Positions 17,854 through 26,833 of a DNA stretch of 32,000 nt are shown here, one piece after another (positions within the stretch are counted from its first letter, which is position 1; each line of letters begins with the position of its first letter). The notes below the pieces were generated by a model that was not told the DNA's origin, made no database searches, and saw only the letters and a list, made by a program, of their open reading frames with translations. Location: contig NZ_LNTB01000001.1 in NCBI RefSeq assembly GCF_001462395.1, positions 720,001-752,000 of the forward strand, given 5' to 3'. The stretch is from Pyrodictium occultum (GTDB taxonomy: Archaea; Thermoproteota; Thermoprotei_A; Sulfolobales; Pyrodictiaceae). Position numbers and translations under genes: made by a program.

Positions 17854-18048
17854 TTGTGCTTGGCGTGTGAGAAGGCTGTGAGGGTTCGTGACCCCACGAC
17901 CGGCAAGGAGGCGGAGCTGGTGCCGATCAAGGTGTGGCAGCTAGCCCCCAGGGGGAGGAAGGGAGTAAAGATAGGCCTATTCAAGAGCCCCGAGACAGGC
18001 AAGTACTTCCGCGCCAAGGTCCCAGACGACTACCCGATATGCAGCTAG
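17854..18048 (+). CDS. cren7: chromatin protein Cren7
   Basis: 64 aa. ..[46 protein letters not shown].. matches the Cren7 family sequence as I remember it from Sulfolobus. TTG start (17854, or 17860). Confidence 0.9.
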   Translation: MCLACEKAVRVRDPTTGKEAELVPIKVWQLAPRGRKGVKIGLFKSPETGKYFRAKVPDDYPICS

Positions 18049-18230
18049 CACCAAGGCAGCGCTGGGGGTGGAGCCACTCCCGCGCTTTTTTCACTGCTGG
18101 GGTGCCTTCCCGGCTCCCCTCCTGGGTGGGCCCCAGCTGCGGGCCCCGCGAGGCCTGGGTATTAGAGTTTCTGTACCCTAATTGGGTACTCCCTGCTCCC
18201 CGGGCGCTGGAGGGGGGCAGGGTCTGGCTC

Positions 18231-19187
18231 TTGAGGTGCCGCGCCAGGGCTCCCGCGAAGGTCATACTCTTTGGCGAGCACTGGGTCGTCCATGGGGGTA
18301 GGGCGCTTGCCGCTGCGGTAGGGCTCTATTCCCGCGCGTACGCCGAGCCTGCTGATGATGGTGTGGTGGTGGAGTCCGTCAATCTCGGGGTCCGTGAAGA
18401 CGTCTTGCACGGCTGCCAGGTCTTCTGTAGCCTTAGGAAGGCGTTCGAGTACATATCGAGCGCCAGGTCTAGCGGCAGGCTGTGGCCCGCCAGGCTCATC
18501 ATAGACTCTGAGATACCGGTGGGCGCGGGGCTGGGGAGCAGTGCAGCGGTAGCGGTCTCTGCCTCAGCGGCTTACGCGTGCGTAGCCGGCCTCGAGGTGG
18601 CACCGGAGCTTGTCTCACGCGCGGCTTTTGAGAGCGAGAAGCTGGTCCATGGGAACCCTAGCGGGGTCGACAACACGGTATCCTCGTACGGCGGGTTCCT
18701 TCTCTATAGGCGTGGCGAGACGCCTATGCCGCTGGATTTCGGCGGACTTGGCGACGTGGTTGTAGTAGTCATAGACACCGGGGTGAAGCGCTCCACGGCG
18801 AGAGCTGTTAGATTATTCACGGAGAGGCTTCATAGGCTTGGGGGGCTGGGCCGAGAGCTGCTCGAGGTGGCTGAGGGGATTATTGATGAGGCTCTGCGCG
18901 CGCTTCGCCGTGGAGACGCGGCGGGCCTAGGCCTCCTCATGGATGTGGCGCACGGGCTCCTGAACGCCATGGGGGTCTCGCATGTTGAGCTGGAGAAGGC
19001 TGTGCAGGCCGCCAGGGCTAGCGGCGCTCTAGGCGCTAAGCTCACGGGAGCAGGCATGGGCGGATCAGCCATAGCTCTTGTGGAGAGGGAGAAGGCTCCA
19101 AGGGTTTCGGAGAAGCTGAGGGAGCTAGGCCTACGAGTCTACGAGGCCGCCCTCGGCGCTCGAGGGGTCAGCGTGGAGCATGGCTAG
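18231..19187 (+). CDS. mvk: mevalonate kinase
   Basis: Track ORF 17934..19187 overlaps cren7. The likely start is in-frame TTG 18231 (M-RCRARAPAKVILFGEHWVVHG). GHMP motifs: KVILFGEH, PVGAGLGSSAAVAVS and KLTGAGMGGSAIAL. Confidence 0.85.
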   Translation: MRCRARAPAKVILFGEHWVVHGGRALAAAVGLYSRAYAEPADDGVVVESVNLGVREDVLHGCQVFCSLRKAFEYISSARSSGRLWPARLIIDSEIPVGAGLGSSAAVAVSASAAYACVAGLEVAPELVSRAAFESEKLVHGNPSGVDNTVSSYGGFLLYRRGETPMPLDFGGLGDVVVVVIDTGVKRSTARAVRLFTERLHRLGGLGRELLEVAEGIIDEALRALRRGDAAGLGLLMDVAHGLLNAMGVSHVELEKAVQAARASGALGAKLTGAGMGGSAIALVEREKAPRVSEKLRELGLRVYEAALGARGVSVEHG

Positions 19188-19289
19188 CCCAGGGCCCGGC
19201 GGAAGTATTGTAGTGCTACTACAGTGTTACTAGCCCGCCCGTTTCTAGCTTACAGTCAATGCTAAAGCGCCTCGCACTGGGGGGCAGAC

Positions 19290-20060
19290 GTGCTAGGGAC
19301 ACTGGATGACAGGCTCGTCATCTACACCGGTATAATACTGACCGCCACGGGGGCGTCCCGCTGCATAGAGCTTGAGGCCTATGCGTCGCTTACCCTGCTT
19401 CCACGGGTGGCGAGCCTCGGAGTAGCGGTGGCGGTAGAGGTGCCCGTGGTAGCGCAGGCATGCGGCATGGGGATGGTAGGGGTGGTTGAGGACGTCGAGG
19501 CCAGGGTGTGGGGCCGCGGCCTATACTACTCCAGCCCCCTGCTCGGGGGCCTGCTCAGCCGCGTAGTAATGGATGCCTACGCGGGGGAGGGGAAGCTGCC
19601 GGTGGAGAGGCTCCGCAGCCCAGCCGCGGGGACGGAGACCCTGATATCATCCCTGGAGGGCAGCACGGCGGTGCTAGGCACTGCAGTGATGCCGTTATAC
19701 GACCTATCCGGGCTCTGGGCAGTCGTGGTGAGACTGGAGAAGCCGCTGGAGAGGAGGCTGGCCGAGGCAGTCTACACGAATATAGGAGCACTAGAGAAGG
19801 CCGCCTACGACACCCTGGATAACCCAGTAGACATGATAGACTCTATCAGCGAGAGGCTGGCAAAGCTGACCGGCTCACGGAGGCTCCAGCGCCTCCGCGA
19901 AAGGCTGCTGAAGCAGGGTGCCATAGCCGTGGGATTGGATATACATGGTAGCCATTTGATAGTGGTGGCTGAGGACGCGGAGACCGCTTACACGATCTCA
20001 GCCCTCAACCGCGAGCTGGGAGACAGAGTTGAAGCCCCCATAGCCGTGCCCACGGCCTAG
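19290..20060 (+). CDS. hypothetical protein, possibly a degenerate GHMP-kinase-like fold
   Basis: 256 aa, GTG start. By-eye resemblance only: ISSLEGSTAVLGTAVMPLYDLSG vs GHMP motif II (GLGSSAA..), and GAIAVGLDIHGSHLIVVAED vs motif III (GA.G..lSGsGp..f.l). The canonical Gly/Ser P-loop residues are absent. Confidence 0.5.
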   Translation: MLGTLDDRLVIYTGIILTATGASRCIELEAYASLTLLPRVASLGVAVAVEVPVVAQACGMGMVGVVEDVEARVWGRGLYYSSPLLGGLLSRVVMDAYAGEGKLPVERLRSPAAGTETLISSLEGSTAVLGTAVMPLYDLSGLWAVVVRLEKPLERRLAEAVYTNIGALEKAAYDTLDNPVDMIDSISERLAKLTGSRRLQRLRERLLKQGAIAVGLDIHGSHLIVVAEDAETAYTISALNRELGDRVEAPIAVPTA

Positions 20061-20148
20061 GGCCGGTTCTACATAGGGGCCAAGGCGCCCGCTCCACGTA
20101 AACTAATATTCAAGCAGCCTTAATCGTTCTTAAGGCCGGGGCCCGCTG

Positions 20149-20595
20149 ATGCTGTTCAGGGTCACAGCCCGCTGCATAATCCTGCAAGACGGCCTCCTCC
20201 TGGTCCAGCTGAGCAAGAAAGGCGATTTCTACCGTCTACCAGGCGGGCGTGTACGGCCAGAGGAGACGGTGCTTCAAGGTCTTCAGCGGGAGCTCATGGA
20301 GGAGCTCGGTATACCGAAGATAGGTGACGCGCGCCTCGCATTCATAGTAGAGTCTTTCTACCGCCGCCGCAGCGGGATAGTGCACGAGCTGGGCTTCTAC
20401 TTCCTCTGCAAGAGCCCCATAGGCCCTAATGTAAAGCCTAGGGAGGACCACCTAAAACTACGCTGGATAAAACCAGAAGAACTCAACGCCAAGAACTTCA
20501 AGCCCTCCGCGCTAGCCAGCTACCTCCGCAAGCTAGACGGGGCCAGGGAGCTCCAGCCCAGGTACATCATAAACGTGGATGTGGGCCAGGTATAG
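20149..20595 (+). CDS. Nudix hydrolase
   Basis: 148 aa. Nudix box GGRVRPEETVLQGLQRELMEELGI (Gx5Ex7REUxEExGU). Confidence 0.85.
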   Translation: MLFRVTARCIILQDGLLLVQLSKKGDFYRLPGGRVRPEETVLQGLQRELMEELGIPKIGDARLAFIVESFYRRRSGIVHELGFYFLCKSPIGPNVKPREDHLKLRWIKPEELNAKNFKPSALASYLRKLDGARELQPRYIINVDVGQV

Positions 20596-21379
20596 CCGAG
20601 CCCTCTCCACGCCCCGGCCACCACCCCTGTTATCACAATGGGCACAGAGTATGCGGGCCAGCCATGGCGCGGCGGACACTGCGCCCAGTATCTACACGCC
20701 TATGGCCTAGACCTGGAAAAACACGAGGTATTTATTTAGAGTTACTCACCATATGTATTGGGCTGCTGGTGGCCACAAGCTTGTCGATGGAAATGGTCAA
20801 TTCCCTTTAGGAAGTGCGATGGGGGCGCGGAGAAGACGGACTACATAACGACTTAAAATACATATGTCGTACATAGGCGGGTTAGCAGAAAATCAACGAT
20901 CATTCTGCAAGATCTAAGCTCTTCTTTGCCGCGGCACATGACCTAAGCCAGGAGCTGGGCCTTAGCAATGTTCCACATATACTATTTCCCCAACAGAGAT
21001 TTCATGCACCATAATTTGCTTGAATAACGTATCCTAAGCGGCATCGTAGAGCCCCTGAGGGAGAGAGGAGGTTAGCGTCCAATTAGACATTGACAAGTTC
21101 GTTGTTGTCCCTAAGAAGAATATACTATACTGCTCTATGCAACCTTACAGTAGTTACCGGTGGACTCTTCGACCTCTACCGGGTCCACGTTACAACGAAG
21201 GATCCTAACAAGAAGAGCCATAGATCGTTTGAAAGAGATTATCAGTGGTTTTGAGCGGCTCGTCCAGGCTATATAGGGTGGAGAGCATAGTGCGCCGGAC
21301 ATACGGGCAGCGGGATCCTGTCGTTGGAGTGCTCCTAGATCTTCTAAACCCTGTGCAGTATCCTCTTTCTCTTCCCTCT

Positions 21380-21721
21380 CTACTTCTTCTGCTCCTCGAA
21401 CACTAGCTCGACGCCCCGCGGGTAGATGTAGACGTTGCCCCCTCTCGCCTGGCCCGGCAGGTTTGGCTTAAACACGGCTATAACTACGCCCTTGTTCCCG
21501 TGGACACGTACTATCTTTCCACGGTACTCGTTACCCTTGTTGTCGCGGTAGAGGACGCGCCAGCCGATGAGCTGCGCGGCTTTCCTGGAGTCGTTTACCC
21601 CGTCAACCCTTATCAGCACCTGGTTCTCGTACTGGGTGTTTGAGCCAAGCCTATAGCCTATGACTAACCCTGTATAGACCTTCGCGGCCTCTCCGCTCAA
21701 CCTTGTTGCCCCGGGCAGCAC
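21380..21721 (-). CDS. rpl35ae: 50S ribosomal protein L35Ae (eL33)
   Basis: 113 aa. ..GLVIGYRLGSNTQYENQVLIRVDGV..AAQLIGWRV..YRGKIVRVHGNKGVVIAVFKPNLPGQARG.. matches the archaeal L35Ae pattern. The palindromic TATA-like CTTTAAAG (21741-21748) lies ~25 nt upstream of ATG 21721. Confidence 0.85.
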   Translation of the reverse strand: MLPGATRLSGEAAKVYTGLVIGYRLGSNTQYENQVLIRVDGVNDSRKAAQLIGWRVLYRDNKGNEYRGKIVRVHGNKGVVIAVFKPNLPGQARGGNVYIYPRGVELVFEEQKK

Positions 21722-21789
21722 CGGTGAAGCCGGCCCTGGGTCTTTAAAGCTGATAGCAGTGCCAAAGCGGCTGGGGGTATAGGGGCGCT

Positions 21790-23142
21790 TTGACCGGCAA
21801 GCTCAAGGAACCCCGTATAGTGGTGGAGCCCCCCGGGCCCAGGGCTCGAGAAGTTATTGAGAAGGATAGGATGTATCTTATGCAGAGCTTTGCCAGGTGG
21901 TACCCGCTTGTTGTTGACCGTGCCGAGGACTACGTAGTGTATGATGTTGACGGTAACGCCTATATAGATCTTAATGCTGGCATAGCTGTGCTCAATGTAG
22001 GCTCTACCAACCCTGCAGTAGTCGAGGCCGCCGCCTCTCAGTTGAGGCGCTTCACCCACTACAGCCTCACAGACTTCTACTATGAGGTGGCAGTACGGCT
22101 CGCGGAGAAGCTGGTAGGGATAGCGCCAGTGGAGAAGCCCGCCAAGGTGTTCTTCACCAATAGCGGCGCGGAGAGCATTGAGGCCGCTTTGAAGGCCTCC
22201 AGGTACTCGACCGGGAGGCAGTACATAGTAGCCTTCCTCGGGGCATTCCACGGCAGAACCATGGGCGCCCTCTCGCTCACGGCCAGCAAGCCGGTCCAGC
22301 GTCTCGGCTTCTCACCCCTCCTCCCCAGCGTGGTCCATGTGCCCTACCCCTATCCCTACCGCTGCCCTTTCGCGGCGGAGGAGCCCGGAGAGTGCGGAGA
22401 GATGGCTCTAGGCTTCGTAGAGGAGTGGGTGCTGGGTAAGCTGGTGGATCCCAGTGAGGTAGCTGCATTCGTGTTCGAGCCTATACAGGGCGAGGGTGGA
22501 TACATAGTGCCTCCCGACAATTTCCTTCCAGGCCTCGAGAAGCTCGCCCGGCGCCACGGCATTCTACTGGTCGCGGACGAAGTGCAGACAGGGTTCTGCA
22601 GGACCGGTAGGAGATTCGCGGTGGAACACTGGGGAGTGAAGCCCGATATAGTGGCGCTCGCCAAGGCGATCGCGGGCGGCCTCCCGCTCGGAGCGGTGGT
22701 GGGGAGCGATAAGGCAATGACTATAAGGCCCGGCGGCCATGCTACAACCTTCGGAGGGAACCCTGTCTCCTCGGCCGCAGCCATAGCAGCCATAGACTAT
22801 ATGGAGAGGGAGAGGCTCTGCGACCGCGCAGCGAGACTGGGGGAGAAGACGCTTAAGAGGCTCAAGGAGGCCATGGACGAGACCAGTATGATAGGTGATG
22901 TCCGCGGCAAAGGCCTTATGATAGGCGTGGAGCTGGTTAAGAGCCGCGAGACTAAGGAGCCGGCTTCCCGGGAGCTTGCAGAGGTACTGATGAGGCTGTT
23001 CAAGCGCGGCTACCTGGTGATAGGGGCCGGCGTGTCGACTATACGTATATCCCCGCCGCTCACAATAGATGAGGAGGCCTTGATGAACGCTGTAGAGGCT
23101 ATAATCGAGGAGGTAAAGAGGCTGGAGCGAGAGCGTGACTAG
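21790..23142 (+). CDS. class-III PLP-dependent aminotransferase (GabT/acetylornithine aminotransferase-like)
   Basis: 450 aa. Motifs FTNSGAESIEAALK, GAFHGRTMGALSLT, LVADEVQTGFCRTG, DIVALAKAIAGGLPLGA (PLP lysine context) and TFGGNP. The TTG start at 21790 is uncertain. Confidence 0.85.
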   Translation: MTGKLKEPRIVVEPPGPRAREVIEKDRMYLMQSFARWYPLVVDRAEDYVVYDVDGNAYIDLNAGIAVLNVGSTNPAVVEAAASQLRRFTHYSLTDFYYEVAVRLAEKLVGIAPVEKPAKVFFTNSGAESIEAALKASRYSTGRQYIVAFLGAFHGRTMGALSLTASKPVQRLGFSPLLPSVVHVPYPYPYRCPFAAEEPGECGEMALGFVEEWVLGKLVDPSEVAAFVFEPIQGEGGYIVPPDNFLPGLEKLARRHGILLVADEVQTGFCRTGRRFAVEHWGVKPDIVALAKAIAGGLPLGAVVGSDKAMTIRPGGHATTFGGNPVSSAAAIAAIDYMERERLCDRAARLGEKTLKRLKEAMDETSMIGDVRGKGLMIGVELVKSRETKEPASRELAEVLMRLFKRGYLVIGAGVSTIRISPPLTIDEEALMNAVEAIIEEVKRLERERD

Positions 23143-23207
23143 GGACCGGGCCCTGGGAGGCGTGATGAGGCTTACAAGGGGCCTAGCCCCGTCGCCGGGG
23201 TGATGGG

Positions 23208-23993
23208 CTATGAACCCGCGGCTGACCTCCGTCTAGCCTTCCCTCTAGCCTTCCCCTCCTTCTCCTCCATGCTCAGTATCCTGGCAAGCCTTCTCCTCGG
23301 TACTTCGAACACTGTGGAGGCTATGAACGCTATGTACTCGTCGTCAGGCATGATCTTGTCCAGTCCGATTCTCGCGGCCAGGGCCTGTTTGAAAGCCTCC
23401 TTCTCTATGCGGGAGCGTATAAGCCTGGCAGCTATGGCCTGCGCCACCCGGAGGGCTATGAAGTAGCGGGCGTATTTTCTCACGGTGCGCTCGTGCTCCG
23501 GGAACACTTTTACAAGCTTATGCAGCAGCTCTATGATAGTGTTCTCGCTCGCGAAACCCATTATTATTGTTGTGGCCACGATCCTTAGCATCCTGGCTAC
23601 AGTGTTATCGTTTATGCTCCCACCGAGCATGAAGAGTGCTAGCTTCCTCGCCTCCTCCGGCGGCTTCTCCCTTATCAGCTCTGATGCCTCCTCGAGGGTC
23701 TCCTCGTAGCTGAATAGCTTGTGGAACAACTCCGGGTTCTCCTCGTTGAGGGCCAGCGCATACTTCGCTATAACGTAGAGGGTGGCCATCTCCTTGTCCC
23801 AGATATCCTCCGGCCATGCCTTGCCGCGGATTGGCTGCACCGCCCTCTCCTTGTAGACCTCCTCGAGGAGCTTGACGGCCTTTCTGCGGTCGGATGTGCC
23901 CTCCTGTAGGAGCCTGGAGAGAACCTCCATAGCCGCGTCTATCCTCTGCTTGTGCGTCTCTCTGGCTCTCCGGGGCTCAATGCTCTCCAACAC
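23208..23993 (-). CDS. conserved hypothetical all-alpha protein (family not identified; possibly DUF2192-like, from memory)
   Basis: 261 aa with helical patterning throughout and a Lys/Arg-rich tail (KEGKARGKARRRS). No catalytic motif recognised. Confidence 0.65.
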   Translation of the reverse strand: MLESIEPRRARETHKQRIDAAMEVLSRLLQEGTSDRRKAVKLLEEVYKERAVQPIRGKAWPEDIWDKEMATLYVIAKYALALNEENPELFHKLFSYEETLEEASELIREKPPEEARKLALFMLGGSINDNTVARMLRIVATTIIMGFASENTIIELLHKLVKVFPEHERTVRKYARYFIALRVAQAIAARLIRSRIEKEAFKQALAARIGLDKIMPDDEYIAFIASTVFEVPRRRLARILSMEEKEGKARGKARRRSAAGS

Positions 23994-24231
23994 CTAGCAC
24001 CCTTTCAGCTATTGTCCTAAGGGCTATGGCCAGGCCCTCGGGCTTCCCGAAAGCCCTTACCCTCCCATCACGGTGTACTATTAGCTTAACCACTCCGCCG
24101 CCAACCCTCACGTAGAGTATCTGCTTGCCCCTCTTCTGCACTATCCGGAGCACCTCTGCGTCCCGCCAGCGCTCCCTAATCCTCTTAACGAGCTTCACGA
24201 GTGTATCGGCGGTAAGCCAGCGCGCAGACAC
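23977..24231 (-). CDS. small hypothetical protein
   Basis: 84 aa. Its end overlaps the downstream gene's start by 17 nt, which suggests translational coupling. The basic, beta-rich sequence is plausible but has no family assignment. Confidence 0.45.
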   Translation of the reverse strand: MSARWLTADTLVKLVKRIRERWRDAEVLRIVQKRGKQILYVRVGGGVVKLIVHRDGRVRAFGKPEGLAIALRTIAERVLGVGEH

Positions 24232-24456
24232 TTCAACCCCCTCGAAGGCCTGGCTACCGGCCTCGCCTATGCCCGAGCATCATCACGCGGCCTCAGCTCT
24301 GCGTGAGCCGCTCACCGGCCGCCTTTAGTGAGGAGCGGCTAGCCCCGCTGGCTCCAGGCGGCACGTCTACATCTACCCCCGGGTGAGGCTAATAGGCTGA
24401 CCGGGTCCCTCCACGGGGGCTCGCGCCAGCCCGGGGGTGCCTCGGCCACGGCCCCT

Positions 24457-24789
24457 ATGCTCTGGCGCAGGGGTAGCCGCGACGTGAGCCTCCCAGAAGC
24501 CGCCGCTATCTATAGGGCTAGGTGCGCCACGGGCCCGTGCTACATAATAGCCTTTGTCCTTGACGGCAGGCCGGTGGTGGCCATAGCCCCGGCCCAGCCT
24601 ACGCCTCTCTGCATAGGCCTTGAAGCAGGCCTGCTGCGGGTAGTGAAAGCCATACTCAGCGACCTAGGCGTCGAGACCCCCTATATCACGGCCTGCCGGG
24701 TGGCCAGTAGCCTCGTTGGCGGAAGCCTGCGGGAGACCCTTGAGAGCATTAGGGAGGCCGGCTTGATCATATCGCTGGAACGTGGCTAG
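24457..24789 (+). CDS. hypothetical protein
   Basis: 110 aa. Protein-like hydrophobic periodicity (CYIIAFVLDGRPVVAIAP..LLRVVKAILSDLG..). No recognised motif. Its 3' end overlaps the convergent ORF by 4 nt. Confidence 0.4.
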   Translation: MLWRRGSRDVSLPEAAAIYRARCATGPCYIIAFVLDGRPVVAIAPAQPTPLCIGLEAGLLRVVKAILSDLGVETPYITACRVASSLVGGSLRETLESIREAGLIISLERG

Positions 24790-25643
24790 AGCTGTGGGAA
24801 GGCCTCTCCGGGCGGCTCCTCGCTCCCGCCCGCGCAGAGCCCCGGGGCGCTGCAGGCCACACGTCTATACACATCCACTACTATACGGTAGGCGAGGCCG
24901 CCATGGTCGCGTATCTCTACATTCTCCCCGTCGAACAAGACCTCTACCCGGCCGGCCTCCCGGAGACCCCTGGTAGAGTAGGCGCGGAGCACTATACGCT
25001 GCCTAACCCTGCCCTCAACAACGTCTATATTCATTGTGGCCTCCTCGGGATCCAGCGCTATACCTTTGTTGATGTATACCCTGCGTAGCGTGTAGGCTAC
25101 AACACTGGGCTCCAACACGGCGTAGTTGTCGAACACCTGGAGAGCCTCCAGCAGCTTCCGCGCTAGGTAGAGGCCGCTCCTCAAATCCCTCGAGAAGGCC
25201 CTAGAGTAGTCGGGCCTCCAGCTCCTCCTCCTTATGAAGAACTCATACACCAGCGTGACGGCCTCGTACGTGAGACTCGGCAGCCCCAGGCCGCGCACCC
25301 TTCGGGCCCCTCGGAAGGCGGAGGCGAAGGCACCCCCATAGTCTACTATCAACGTTCTAGGAGGCTCCATGCTCCAGGCAGGCTCGCCCCTGGCATCAAC
25401 TATATAGATGGGCTCCTGCGGCTCAGAGGCAAGCTCCATCGATATATTGCTCTTGGCAACGCTTATTGGGAGTCTGGATTCGGTTACAAGCCGCAGCGGC
25501 AAGCGGCGGCCCATACCTATAACGGTGAGCTTCCAGCCGCGGGTCCCTAGGGCCGCGTACAGGGTGCGGGCTAGCACGGCCGCGTCGAATATGGATGGAG
25601 GGGTGGTGACCACGATATGAACCTCAGCGTCATCTTCTACCAT
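24786..25643 (-). CDS. hypothetical protein (Rossmann-like N-terminus without P-loop)
   Basis: 285 aa. The N-terminal beta-alpha-beta pattern [35 protein letters not shown] lacks GKT/S. The C-terminal part is beta-rich. Start is ATG 25643 or GTG 25613, head-to-head with the SPOUT gene. Confidence 0.55.
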   Translation of the reverse strand: MVEDDAEVHIVVTTPPSIFDAAVLARTLYAALGTRGWKLTVIGMGRRLPLRLVTESRLPISVAKSNISMELASEPQEPIYIVDARGEPAWSMEPPRTLIVDYGGAFASAFRGARRVRGLGLPSLTYEAVTLVYEFFIRRRSWRPDYSRAFSRDLRSGLYLARKLLEALQVFDNYAVLEPSVVAYTLRRVYINKGIALDPEEATMNIDVVEGRVRQRIVLRAYSTRGLREAGRVEVLFDGENVEIRDHGGLAYRIVVDVYRRVACSAPGLCAGGSEEPPGEAFPQL

Positions 25644-26072
25644 CCTAAGAACCCCCAGAACTTACATGACGTGGCAGCTTTGGCCGCTTCGCTCCGCGCC
25701 AGACTCTACGTTGTGCCCCGGCCGGGCGTGGACTATAAGCTTGAGATGCTCCAGGGGAGGCTGCGCAGCCGCCTAGTAATGGTTGGTAGCCTGGCTGAGG
25801 CCGTGGATAGGATCGGTGATGCAAACTATATCGTGCTGGAGACGTATGGGAACAAGTACCTCCACGAGGTGAAGATGGAGGGGGATAGCATAGTGCTTGT
25901 AATAGGCGCCGAGGACTATGGGATACCCCCTAGCCTGCTGGAGGCCCTCAAAAGACCCGTTACCGTAGCTAAGATACCCACGGCTGTGCAAGGCATGAGC
26001 TATAATGTGGCTGCCTCCCTGGCTATGGCCCTCTATGAGGTGTATAGACGGCTTAGAGCGGGAAGCCCTTGA
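25617..26072 (+). CDS. SPOUT (SpoU/TrmH-type) RNA methyltransferase
   Basis: 151 aa. C-terminal knot motifs [40 protein letters not shown] (SpoU motifs 2 and 3). Confidence 0.8.
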   Translation: MNLSVIFYHPKNPQNLHDVAALAASLRARLYVVPRPGVDYKLEMLQGRLRSRLVMVGSLAEAVDRIGDANYIVLETYGNKYLHEVKMEGDSIVLVIGAEDYGIPPSLLEALKRPVTVAKIPTAVQGMSYNVAASLAMALYEVYRRLRAGSP

Positions 26073-26619
26073 AGCGGTGGGGCGCTATTATCTCGTACAC
26101 CTCCTGCTTCAGCGCAGGCTCCTTGGCAAAGGCGCCGCGGAGCGCTGCTACCACAGTCGGGGCCGGATTCCTAACTCCACGCATGGCCATGCAGAGGTGC
26201 ACAGCCTCGGTGACCACCATTACATCAGGCGACCCTGTCGCCTTCTCCACCTCGGCGGCTATCTGCTGGGTCATCCTCTCCTGGATCTGCAGCCTCCGCG
26301 CATACTTGTTCACAATCCTCGCTATCTTGGAGAGCCCTACCACCCTGCCCCTGGGCAGATAGGCGACATGGGCAACGCCGAAGAAGGGCAGCATATGGTG
26401 CTCGCATAGGCTGTAGAAGCGTATCCCAGAGACCACGACTAAGTCGCTAGTCTCCGTGAACCATGCGTACTCCTCGTTGTTGTGGTATCCCTCCAGAAGC
26501 TCCTCGAACATATCCGCTACGCGGCGGGGCGTATCCCGGAGCCCCTCACGCTCTGGGTCCTCCCCGATAGCCTCGAGGATCATTCTCACAGCCTTCTCGA
26601 TCTTAGCCTTATCTATCAC
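26053..26619 (-). CDS. folE: GTP cyclohydrolase I (FolE type)
   Basis: 188 aa. Motifs [56 protein letters not shown] and HLCMAMRGV. Confidence 0.9.
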   Translation of the reverse strand: MIDKAKIEKAVRMILEAIGEDPEREGLRDTPRRVADMFEELLEGYHNNEEYAWFTETSDLVVVSGIRFYSLCEHHMLPFFGVAHVAYLPRGRVVGLSKIARIVNKYARRLQIQERMTQQIAAEVEKATGSPDVMVVTEAVHLCMAMRGVRNPAPTVVAALRGAFAKEPALKQEVYEIIAPHRFKGFPL

Positions 26620-26833
26620 GGCTCAACGCCCTCGCTCCCGCATCTCCAAGCGCGCGGCGGACAACACTCAAGCAGCTTTAAGTGGCTAGTCCAGCCACCA
26701 TGCTGGCATATAGCAGGCGGCCAAGCACCATACCCTGCCTAATAGTCCTATTGGCCTAAGTACTCCACGCGCCTGCCCGGCTCAGAGTATAATGATTTAA
26801 TACCCTTGAGAAGGCTCCAGCTGTAGGCACACG

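Noticed and set aside
17934-18230. Upstream extension of the mevalonate kinase ORF overlapping cren7; similarly 27348..27503 overlapping ppa.
   Set aside because: The extensions overlap strongly supported genes in another frame and are Arg/Pro/Gly-rich. The family-conserved N-termini (KVILFGEH; YCTAC) begin just after the internal starts at 18231 and 27504.
19290-20060. The mvk-adjacent ORF as isopentenyl-phosphate kinase (a common mvk neighbour).
   Set aside because: It has no amino-acid-kinase motifs: no N-terminal K.GGS and no GGGSFGH.
20596-21379. The low-GC islands as replication origins.
   Set aside because: I found no ORB or mini-ORB-like dyads of the TTCCAGTGGAAA or CTCCACAGGAAAC type in either island, and no orc1/cdc6 or whiP gene is nearby. 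The idea is kept only as a testable alternative within the island findings.
24230-24300. Possible C/D-box sRNA on the minus strand (GUGAUGA at 24280-24286; CUGA at 24293-24296).
   Set aside because: The CUGA lies upstream, not downstream, of the C box. No D'/C' pair and no second CUGA occurs at 50-60 nt spacing. A similar AUGAUGC...CUGA pair at 12551-12588(+) is only ~37 nt long and lies inside the larger RNA candidate.
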